DNA of 48,538 bases, from NCBI GenBank assembly GCA_003990765.1, contig RBNJ01000037.1, forward strand, positions 1 through 48,538. Direction: 5' to 3'. The notes beneath the pieces are model-generated. The model worked only from the letters and a program-made list of their open reading frames with translations. It was not told where the DNA came from and ran no database searches. The translations under genes were made by a program, and so were the position numbers. Source of the DNA: Jimgerdemannia flammicorona. Taxonomy: Eukaryota. Shown in pieces: positions 38,301 to 48,538 of this stretch (position 1 is the stretch's first letter; every line of letters begins with the position of its first letter).

Positions 38301-41242
38301 ATATACAGGTGAAAGTTTCTCGCTGAAGGTGTGAGGGTTTATCATTGGGCATCCAGTGGATGAGATTGAAAGAGGCTGCGAGGGTCTATTGGAGAGAGGC
38401 TGGGAGAGAAGCTGGGAGACAGAGGAGGAAGTGCATGAGGTATGCTTTCAGCAGGCTGAGGAGATTGCAAATGGATTGGGCAGGTTGCTTACTTCTGATG
38501 CGGTGGAGGATTGGAGGTTAGTGCAGATTAAATTGGAGATATTGGAACTGCAACAGGTGCTGAGAGAAGAGAAGGAGGTGCATATACAAGGTATGGCTGC
38601 TAGGCTATGGTGGTAGGGACTTGAGGAGGGTGAGCAGCCTACTAAATATTTATCCCATCTGTTCAGTGCTAGGAGGGTGAGACATCAGTGGGATGGAGTC
38701 CTCAATGCTGATGGAGACATAGTATATGGTATGCAACAAATCCTAGGGGTTTTGAAAGAGAGATGGCAGGGTTTGTAGAGTGAGGATGAAGGGGGTGCTG
38801 ATGAGGTGGCTATTGAAGATGCATTAGGGGAATAGAGGCTGCCATAAGTGGCTGGACTGGATGAATTGGCCTTGCCAGTGCAAGGTGAGGAGGTCCAGAG
38901 TGTCCTTGTGGCAACTAAAACTGAAACAGTGCCAGGGGAGGATGGACTACTGTGAGACTTCTGAAAGAAGATGGTCAAGGTCTCTGACATTCTGGGGGAG
39001 ATGACTGCTCTCTGTGATCATATCCTTCAGAGCGGTGAGTAGGTTGGAGAGCAGGACCTTGGGCTGGTGGCTTTATTGTACAAAGACAAGGGGAGGAGAG
39101 AAGACTGGAAGAACTGACAACTAATCATACTTTTGGACATGGACAGGAAGATGGTAACTAAGGTGGTTGTTGCAAGGCTGCAGAAGGTTGCCCAATAGGT
39201 GCTGGGGGAGGAGCAGCGGGGTTTTATTGGAGGCAGGCTTATAAGAGATGGGACTGCTTGGGTGCATGGTGTCATTGAAGGGGCCCAGGCTTATGGCCTA
39301 GATAGAAGGTTGGTCTTTTTGGACCAGGAGAAGGCCTATGACTGGGTCTGGTGGGTTTGGCTGGGCAAGGTGTTGGATCATATTGGTGTTTCTTCTGGAT
39401 TTCAGGCTTCTATGATGAATCTGCTTGAGGGCAGTCGGGTGGTGCTGATGTGTAATAGTCACTATGGTCAGACATTTATCTTGAGAAGAGGGGTTCCTCA
39501 GGGGGACCCCTTGTCCCCTATTCTTTATGCTCTCTCATTGAAACCATTAATGGATAGGATTTGCCAGAAGGTAGTGGGGCTCTCTATCTATGGTATAGTG
39601 TGGAAGGTTGGGGCCTTTGCGGATAATATGGTGGTTGGCCTTGGGTCTGTGGCAGATGTTGAGGCACTTAAGGTAATGGTGGAATGGTATGAGGTTCACT
39701 CTGGGGCAAAGCTCAACTGGCATAAGTGTGAGACTATGATGCTAGGGAATGGACTGGTGGGTGGGGATGTCATTGGAACAATTGTCCCTACTGGTGAGGT
39801 GATATGGTATCTGGGCATCTTTCTCTCTATATATAGTTCTGTCTTGCCATGAGAGCAGGGTGGCTATTTGGAGAGAGGCCCTTCAAGGTTGGGGAGGCTG
39901 CCATATCTCTCTAGTAGGGCAGGTATCAATTCTGAATATATACTGGTTCCCCAAGCTGTGGTATGTGACATACCACCTAAACTTTCCAGCTTGAGTGGTG
40001 AAGAGGCTGACAAAGGTAGCTAGGGATTGGATTTGGGCAGGGAGAAGGTCCCAGATCAGTTGAGATACTCTTGTGACACCGGTGGACAGGAGAGGTCTTG
40101 GCCTTGTAGATTTCCCTAAGAGGTTGTACTGCTTGTGAGCCTGGTGGTTGAAGAGAGTAGCTGAACTACAGAGAGGGGGTTGGGTACTTCTGATGCAGAA
40201 GGTGTGGGAGATGAGAACCTCCCCCCAAGGGTCCTCAGGAGATCTACTCTCTTTGATAGGGCTCAATGGAATTCAGCAGTTATGATTTAAGAGCTTTTGG
40301 TGGGGAGTAGTCGATGGAGCATACAGAATTGGTCTACGCTGGCAAGGCAATAAGGGGGAGGTGTTGTGGGGTCCTCGTATGTGGCAATGGGATAGACTAC
40401 TTCTGGGGGGGTGCTCTACTTATTGCTTTTGATATTAGGGATGGAGTAGAGTGTCAGTAGGGTCTTGGCTGGGACCTTTGGCTGAGTGGTTGGTAGGCAG
40501 TCGGGATTGGCGAGGAGTGGGACTGGGCAGGTATCTGGTCTTGGAGAGCTGAGGTGTAGCAGTGGCTTCCCCCCAAGTTCTGAGTGGTGTGGTGGTGAAT
40601 GCTGCAGAGGAATGTCATGCTGAATTTCTGTACCAGGCATCTGATGGATGGTGGCTGTTTCGACTGTGAGGAGTATTACAATATTGGGCAAGCTGGGGGT
40701 TTGGTGCAGATGCCAGAACATTGGCTGGGAGAGTGTGAGGTTTTGGGGGACTTTTGGGTTGAAATAGGGAATAGACTAGGTGTAGAGTGCAGGCCAGTAG
40801 GTGAAGGGGTTCGCTGGGAGGACTTGAGATCTTGGCTGGTGGGGGGAATGGGTAATAGTTGGCTCACTGTTGGGTGGGTGTTAGCAGTTTGGGTGGGTCT
40901 GGCAGGACATTGGCTATTTGTATTTGAGGAGGGGTGGCAGATGAGTCTGCAGGAGAAGGTTGTAAGGTGGGAGGAGCTGTTGGGGGATCTGTTGACTGAA
41001 TGGTGGATAGGTTGGAGTCCTTCATGGGGACAGCAGTGCAGTTTGGTAGTGAGGATATGTGAACAGAGTGGTGGGAGGGTGAGAATTGTATTTAATAGCA
41101 TAGTGTTTCATCAAGAAGAGGTAGGGAAGAGGGGCCCCCCTAGGGGGATTGGATAGGGGGTGGGTTCATTATATTTATATAGGATAGATGAGTATAATAA
41201 AGGATGAGTCCAAGTTACTATAAAAAAAAAATAAAAATAAAA
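35371..41242 (+). mobile_element. Full-length non-LTR retrotransposon (LINE, L1/Tx1-like; ORF1 ~35500-37460, ORF2 APE-RT ~37517-41156), inactivated
   Basis: 14-bp TSD ATAAGTTTACTAGC (35357-35370 and 41243-41256); A-rich 3' tail; APE motifs SLNVNGL, GSCYCPA, RIDWIL, PWSDH; RT motifs EQRGFIGGR, LDQEKAYD, GVPQGDPLSP, AFADN, YLGI; C-terminal CxxC...EHW..EC. Confidence 0.93.
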
Positions 41243-41256
41243 ATAAGTTTACTAGC

Positions 41257-41513
41257 TATAAGGTGGCTAAGTTATGACTATATTTCTTATAAGTCACTTT
41301 TCAACATCTGTTAAATTTTTGATAATTGCCAAAACTTTAACATTTGTTAAGTTTTCAATATTTATAAATACTTTAACATTTGTTAAAACTTTAATGTTTA
41401 TGAAATATGACTGCTATTTATAAGACTATACTATATTTGGGAATCAGATTCAGATACTATGATTAAATGTCTACTCTTTTAATTTATGTTCCTAATTCAG
41501 ATCAACTATCACA
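41257..41513 (-). repeat. 5' LTR of Gypsy 1, part right of the LINE
   Basis: Matches ~29168-29377; ends TCAACTATCACA. Confidence 0.88.
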
Positions 41514-41870
41514 ATACTAGCAATCTACTTATCAAACTATTTCTGATCATTCTTTCTAGACTCAATTTACCTATATACTCTAAGTATTGATACTATATAT
41601 TAGATATATTAGATATAGTTATTATATATATAAAGGCTTTTATATTACTCAGTATACTATTGATCATATAAAGACTATCTTATTTCAATACTATTATAAT
41701 CTCCTTATTATTCTTCAGACTATATATAGTTACTTTCATTAGATATATATTTATTTATTTATTACTATAGATCATTATTTTGCCAATTAAGAAGAGGTTC
41801 TTTTCTATCTTTAGAGTATATAGTATATTTTGAAAAATACTAACAGGCTCTGTAATATTTCTATAGTATT
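41514..41870 (-). mobile_element. Continuation of Copia remnant 2 (protease C-terminus and GAG-pre-integrase region)
   Basis: Reverse strand NILYTLKIEKNLFLIGK...DSLYM...I*YQYLEYI (decayed WHQRLGH); joins 28942 across the Gypsy TSD. Confidence 0.7.
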
Positions 41871-41871
41871 A

Positions 41872-44800
41872 TATAGTGGTCACTGAGTCCTTCAAATATG
41901 CCAGATTCTCTTCAAGGTATATCTCTTAGACTAACTCAAGTTTGTTATAAGCAAGTTCTTATTGAAGTGCCTTCTCAAGGTCTTATAGTCTCAAACTTCT
42001 TATCTTTAAACTGTCTTGTTATTTCTTAGATTGCTTGTAAAAAAGTATATATATTGCACTGAGTTGACTGAATAGACTGACTTTATTCAGAGGAAATAAG
42101 AGGGGTATTTATACAAAATATAATTCAATGATTACTAAGATATAAAGCTAAATATAAATTCTAATAACTAAAATAAAATGCTAGGACAGGAAAAACTGCT
42201 AAGGTCTAGAGTCAGTACTGATAGTTATATAGATTCAGGATACTGGTATAATTTCAGTGATATGCTGGAATAATTCAGTGTTACCTCAGAATGCTGGTGC
42301 TGGTATTATTTGGTATCACCAAAGAACTTTTAGAGCAGAATATTCAAGACCATAGGGGCTTCATCCTTATCAGAGGTCAGGATATCTTCAAAGGAGATGA
42401 GGTCCATGAATATCTCATCTGTCTCATTGTCATTATTACATAGGTTGTGTATTTTGTATACTTTGTACATATCACATATCTCATATATATTATATAGAAT
42501 GATGTTATTGCCAATGATATCATCACATTTGGTGGTAGTGGGAAGGAGGTCTGGGGCTCTCCAGTCTATGAGATTCTCTTCTACAAAATAGGAAACAAAT
42601 ATAGAGTCTTGGGGAGGTCTAACCTGAATGCTTGGGTCTTGGAATACTGAGATTAATCCTTGCAGGAATTGGTCTGAGTTATCCTAGAGGATGGGGTGCC
42701 AGAAGTCTTCTACTTCATCATTATTGAGAGTGATAGTAGACTGGGCTTCTATTGCTACTCTGGCTTCTAGTGCATCAATATAGCAGACTGACAGGTCTCT
42801 GAAATCTGAGATTCTAATATACTCCAAGTTGGGAATCAACCATGGTGTATGCCTGAAGATCTGATGGATCTTCTTAGCTATTCTTGTTTTATGTATATCC
42901 ATGGGAGTGACATCTTGTAGCTCTTGAGTGCTGGTCTGTGGGAACTCCCAACAGAGAAGGTTTCTTATTTCATACTCCTGCTATATTTGGAGATATTCAG
43001 TAGCAATGATGATCCTTGTTTCTATAGCAGTAGAGAATATAGTAATAAGGGTCACCAGTACTCAGGTTGACACTAGGAGTCCTTCTTGAGTAGGTCCTCA
43101 TGGCTCTTCTGATGTCTTAGAATATCCTTTCTTCAACTGAGGTGTCTTGGTGGTTCCTTGATCTTGAGATTTGGTGAGCAGTAGGCATTTTATTTGTAGT
43201 AAGTCTTTGAGCTATTTTGGGATTAGTGGGTCTTGTTGGTTGCTGCTACTGCAGTTCCTTGATCTTTCTTTTATATTCCTCAAGATATCTGAACTATAGT
43301 TGCAATGACTCACAGTTGGTCATCATCACTCATCTCATATGCTATATGATCTTCTTATACTCCAATCTGGTGGCTTGTAAGAAAAGGCTGTCTCCTGTAC
43401 TGATATCATCATTCTGGAGTCACTATTATATCTTCCTCCTAAATAAGGATCTTCTTGAGTGTTCTTATTTATTGGTCCAGTCCTAAAAAATTTGCTGATC
43501 CCATAACCTCTGGCAAGGGATTGAAAAGTGGTATTTATGGGCTGGTGTCTTCTCTATGTATTTTGGTGTGATAGTGAAGGATTGCTCCCTTCATATAGAG
43601 CAAGGACCTGATTCTGATCTTGACCAATCAGTTGACAGTTCAAATTTCTTTGGCTTTGAAAGTCTCATAGATGAGTAGTTACTAGTGCTGTATCCCTTAG
43701 AAATGGTCCAAACAGATAGCCTGCTGGTTATAGGATATGCTGTTATAATTTATAGACTAGAATCTCATGGGTGATCATTATATTTTGTTTCTCTTATATA
43801 GGTTCATGATACTTCTTGAGTCTGTTCCTATATACTGTGGTAGATAATATGGTCTCTGAGATTTTTCTAAGCCAGAAGATAGTTCTCTTGATATCTTGCA
43901 CATAGAAGGGTTCTTCCCATTTGAGCTCTAGTTTTCATGACCATGAGGCTTCTACCATATTTCAATATAGTAGAACCTTTTCTCTGATTTGGATGGATTC
44001 TAGGATCTTGTAATTCTTTTCTGCATTCTTTCTTATCAGCACTTGTGACTTGATGATGTAATCTTCAGCCTTCTTCCTAATTTAGTATAGTCTCTGGATT
44101 TCTGCATCAACTCATCTCCAAGTTAGGTCTAGATTTGTAGCTGAGGTTCCATCAGAATCTTCTTCTCCAAAGAGCAGTTCCCTTGGGGTAAAGTGTGTAC
44201 TCTGTAATTATATGTCTTGTAGGACAAAGAGGGCAGTTGGGAGATAATTATCCCAATTCTCATATATCTCTGAGATCTTTACCAGGATATTCTTGAGGGT
44301 CTTATTGGTTCTCTCTATCTGTCCATTTTCTTGAGAGTGGTATATGGTGGTCTTGATGTACTGGATCTTATATTTCTGATACATTATCTCATAGAATCCA
44401 TTGACAAATTCTGTGCCATAGTCTGTTGTGATTTGCTTCAGTGTCTTATAGTGGCAGATAATTTCTTAATACAGGAAGTCAGCTATAGAGAGGACATTGG
44501 CTTCTTGTAATACTTCTGCTTCTATCCATTTGGTAAAGAGGTCTACAATAACTATAATATAGTAATTTCCTGATAGTGTTACTGATAGTGGCCCAATAAT
44601 ATCCATTGTAATGTGGTGGAAGGGGATAGGCTCAATTCTTGATGACCTAAGTACCTGGTCTTGCTGATCTTATTTCTATTTTTGGCACTTGTCATACCCT
44701 TTGACAAATTGGTGCAGATCTTCTTCCATCTTAGGTCACTACATAGTTATTCTTGTCTTGTTGTATGTGTTAGTTTCTCCTAGGTATCCTTACTCATATA

Positions 44801-47800
44801 CTTCCTTCATTACTTGATACTTCTTGTATTCAGGTATTACTAGCTTTCTTTCTTTTCTGAGTATAGTATTGTCTAGTTCAAACTGTTTCCAAGTCTGGTT
44901 GATGATAGTGATTGTCTAGGGTTCAAGGTGGTTGGGTATCTTCCACTGCCTAAGATAGCTGATTAATCCATAGTATAGCTCCTTATTCATGTTGAATAGT
45001 CTTGGTGGAGGTGTTTGGGGGTGTCCTTGAGAGTGCATCAGCATTAGTATTAGTTCTTCCTAAGTAGTGCTTGACAGTACAGTCATACTCTTGCAGTCTG
45101 TAGATCCATCTGATATATATTCCTTTGGGGTTCAGAGTGTGGAATAGCCAGGCAAGAGTGGAATGATCTGTTTGAATAGTGAAGTATTTCCTGACTAGGT
45201 AGTAGTGGAACTTGTCTACTGCCCAAACTACTGCTAAGTATTTGAGCTTTCATGACTCATAGTTCTGTTCTGCTCTACAGATACCTCAGCTTACATAGGA
45301 GATGATATATTTATGTCTATATTTCTTCTGAGCTAGGACTGCTCCAAGTCCTATAGTACTTGTATCTGTCTGCAGGATGAATTCTAGATTCCAATCTGAT
45401 CTTCTGAGGATAGATACTTGGGTCAATCTGGTCTTGAGTTCATTGAAGGTTTTTTGGCACTTCTTGGTCCATTTGAATTTGGTTTCTTTCTTCAGTAGCT
45501 CATAGATAGATACTGCAATATTGAAATATCCTTTGATAAATCTTCTGTAGTAGCTGGCCAGTCTAAGGAAGGCATGGACTTCTGTGGTTGTTCTGGGTCT
45601 TGGATAGACTGCAACAGCCTCAATCTTCATAGAGTCTGTATGGATTCTGATCTAGTTAATGAGGTGTCCTAGATAGGCAATTTCTTGAGCTGAAAACTTA
45701 CATTTCTTGGGCTTGATGTAAAGGCCATGCTCTTTGAGCTTCTTGAGGGTTAGCTGTATGTGATTGATATGTTTCCATGTAGTATTGCTGAAGATGATCA
45801 TATCATCAATATAGACAAAGAGCCATTTTCCAATATTGTTGCTGAAGACTCTATTCATCATTTGCTGAAAACTTGCTGGGGCATTACACATTCCAAATGG
45901 CATTCACAGGTAGATATAGGTGGTATCAGGTGTGATGAAGACTGATTTCTTACTGGTATCTTGAGTGAGATCAATCTGATAGAAGCCTGAGAACAGATCT
46001 AGGGTAATGTAGTATTTGGCTTCACTTCCAAGGGTGGTAAGGATTTCTTGAATATTTGGCAAGAGCTGTCTATCCTTCTTTGTGATGGCATTGAGCTTCC
46101 TATAGTCAATGCAGAGTCTTAGTACAAACTCTCCAGACTTGCTTTCTTTCTTTGGGATAAGGACAATGAGTGAAGCCCAGAGACTGATAGCTTGCTTGAT
46201 GATTCCAACTTTTTCCATTTCCTTGAGTTCTGCTTGCAGCCATTCTCTGTAGGCAGGTGGTATGGATCTGGCTTTCTGGTAGATGGACTTGGTATCACCA
46301 GTGTCAACTTTGTGATAGTACTTGGGTTCTTGATTATGGATATTCCTAAAGTCTGTAGCAAGTACTTCTTCATTCTGGTGCAGGATCTTGAGAAGTTGTT
46401 CTTCCAGGGGAAAGTTTTCTCCAATAGTATATGTGAACTTGTTCTGGTCCTTATCTTTCTTGTACTCAAGTTCAGTAATCTTGGTAGTGACATAGGCTCC
46501 TCTTCTAGTAGATCCAAAGCCTTGTTCTCCTCTCTTGGTCTTGATGAGTTCGATGACTTCAGTGATCTTGGGTTTCTTGATTTCATGAATCAGCATCTGA
46601 CCAATCCTATCATGCTTCTTAACTTTAAATGGGGTGGTGGGGTTGTGATTTCTGACTATGAGGAAGATCTTGCCAGTGTAATCAGAGTCAATTACTCCTC
46701 CTTCAACTGAGATTTTGCTTTTGGCCAGACTGCTCCTGGTCTTGATAATTCTAGCATAGTTTTCTAGCAACTTGACTTCAATTCCAGTGTCAAGTAGGGT
46801 GGTGGTCTGTGGTTTGAGGATAGTATCTTGAATGCTGGCAAGGTTTATTCCTATGGCTTCTTTAGTCTTATATTCTGGGATCTTGACTTTGGGGTGAAAC
46901 TTCTTGACCTTGAGAGTGATGTCTGATTCTTATTCCTCCTCATTGTTACTGTCAGCCTGAAGCTCAGGGGGTTGGTCATCTTCTTTGGCTTTCCTTTTTG
47001 CTTCAGTGGCTTCTTGCTCATATTTCTGTTAGCAGATTTTCTTGACTTCACTGATACAGGACCAGTAGTCATTCAGGTGTTCAGAGCAGTACATTCTAGT
47101 ACCATGGGGGTATCTTTCTTGAGGGGTATAGTCATCGATGATCTTGTTATACTACTGCTCATCTGTGAGCTTGGGTGTCTTATTCTTGTTCTTATTCACT
47201 AAGTATATGAAGACCTCTGTATCCTCTTCATCTTCTTCCTTTATGTCTGGTAGAACTCCTTTGTGGACATTGATAGAGACTTGTACCTTTCTTCTTCTAT
47301 AGTTGATCTGCATCTTCTGGGCATTGAGGTTAATGATGGCCTTGGTCTTATGAAGCCATTGATTGCCAATGAGGATGTCATAGTTAGTAGTACTTGTAAC
47401 AATCATATCTACTGGGATAGTAGCTCCTCCTATCTTGATAGGGACTTCTTGGATTTTGCTAAGGGGAGTAGCTTGTGTATCATCTACTATAACATAGACT
47501 ATCTTGGTAGACTCTTCAATGTCCCAACCTAGGCAGTCAATTGCCTTCTTACTCATGAGGCATCCTCCAGCACTGATATCAATGATGGTATCAAAGATAC
47601 AGTCTTCAATCTGACATAGAGTATAGGCTGATGTCTTATACTGATCTTCAGATTCTTTACCTGAATTTTCAGATTCTTCCTGTGCATTGTGAGCTTCTAC
47701 AATCTTGTTCTCTTGATTCTTGATGGTAGTTGCAAGTCCTACTCTCAACTGCTGTCTGAAGGCAGGGACTTCAGCTAGCTGTCCAAAGGTAGCATTGATC

Positions 47801-48538
47801 TTCTGTTCCTTGAGATCTTTATAGATATCATACTGGTGGATCTTGGTCTTATGTAGCTTCTATTTCTTCTTGCTTTCACTTTCTTCTGAGACTGGAGTAG
47901 TACCTTCAATGATTTGGCAGGCAGCTTCATCTAACTCCATATCCTGATCAATCTCCTTAGATTGGGTCTTACTTTAAATAGTGATAGCTGGGGTCTTCTT
48001 TGGTCTTCCAACTGGCTTGCTGTTGCTCTTCTTGTCATAGGGCTTGGACTGGGTTCTGATACCTTCAGTAGCAGGGTAGAATTCAAGCTCCTCATAGTAT
48101 TCTTTATCATCAGTGTCACTAATCTCCTTGATGACTACTGCATTGGTTTGTTCTCTGGTTCTACTAGCATTACTTGGTTGGGCTTTGCATCTTATTTCAG
48201 TTATGTAATTCATTGCATAGTGGCCTTCTTCTTTATATCTGAAGCATATGATTTTGCATTCTTCTGTAGTAGCTGCAAATCTCTGCACTGGTCTCCTGTT
48301 GGCACTTCAGACTTCTCTAACAACATCACCAAGATGTACAGTCATCTCAGTGAACTGCTTGACAAGTTCCTCTACTGGGTCAGCTTTGGCTGTCTTGGAG
48401 GTAGGTGGGGTTGGTTGTCTGTTTACAACTGTAGCAGGTATGATACTAGTTGGCTTTGATGGCTCCATCTTTATGCCAGTTATTTTCTCTATTGATTGTT
48501 CAGCAGAGTGTCTGGCAGTCCAATATCTCTTTTTTTTT
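41872..48538 (-). mobile_element. Ty3/Gypsy LTR retrotransposon 2 (gag-PR-dUTPase-RT-RH-IN plus 3' extra region); 5' end not seen in the window
   Basis: Zinc knuckle ICFRYKEEGHYAMNY; PR IIDISAG..DILIGNQWL; RT LCIDYRKLN, LDLFSGFYQI, MPFGMCNAPASFQ, VYIDDMII; RH FILQTDTSTIGLGAVLAQ; IN with GPY/F-like end ~43900; putative 3' LTR with a TATA-like box near 42110 (LTR limits approximate). Confidence 0.88.
46500..46910 (-). other. Trimeric dUTPase domain in Gypsy 2 pol
   Basis: All five motifs: AIGINL (motif 1), KTRSSLA (2), GGVIDSDYTG (3), DRIGQ (4), RGEQGFGST (5); in frame with RT in ORF 45904-46770. Confidence 0.92.

Larger units (their letters stand above)
28943..41513 (-). mobile_element. Ty3/Gypsy LTR retrotransposon 1 (gag-PR-dUTPase-RT-RH-IN), degenerate, with LINE insertion
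   Basis: Two homologous LTRs; 4-bp TSD ATAC at 28939-28942 and 41514-41517; PPT-like tract next to the 3' LTR; zinc knuckle ICYTCREENHY (~34240); RT/RH ORF 31520-31801; IN 29870-30900; PR-RT-RH-IN order. Confidence 0.9.

Noticed and set aside
35817-41101. Ser/Pro/Thr-rich minus-strand ORFs
   Set aside because: Antisense artefacts of the G-rich LINE sense strand
16621-41242. Diversity-generating retroelement (hypervariable C-terminal domain near RT genes)
   Set aside because: The RTs are ordinary LINE and Gypsy RTs inside their own elements. No template repeat was seen, and the SPRY variation includes indels and all base types rather than adenine-specific changes.
1-48538. tRNA or rRNA genes
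   Set aside because: None recognised by eye; tRNAscan-SE or Infernal would be needed to exclude them

Overview
Eukaryotic, intron-containing fungal-type genomic DNA. The gene families (BTB-SPRY expansion, TKL kinase, short introns) suggest an early-diverging fungus, possibly Mucoromycota/Endogonales; this is inference. The left ~26 kb is CpG-rich and holds seven full or partial paralogues of a BTB/POZ-BACK-SPRY(B30.2) gene: two intact (18903-20406, 23232-24747), two frameshifted and three fragments. Their SPRY loops are hypervariable, while neighbouring segments are nearly identical between copies. The same region has a PHI-1/EXORDIUM-like pseudogene, a GNAT pseudogene, a kinase pseudogene, two orphan multi-exon genes and two palindromic hAT-type MITEs with 8-bp TSDs. 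The right ~22 kb is a nest of decayed retroelements: a full-length LINE (14-bp TSD) inside the 5' LTR of a Ty3/Gypsy element (4-bp TSD), itself inside a Ty1/Copia remnant, followed by a second Gypsy. Both Gypsy elements encode a dUTPase between protease and RT. The repeats show age-graded C>T/G>A mutation (CpG loss first, then CpA/TpG loss). All calls are by eye; no database searches were run.
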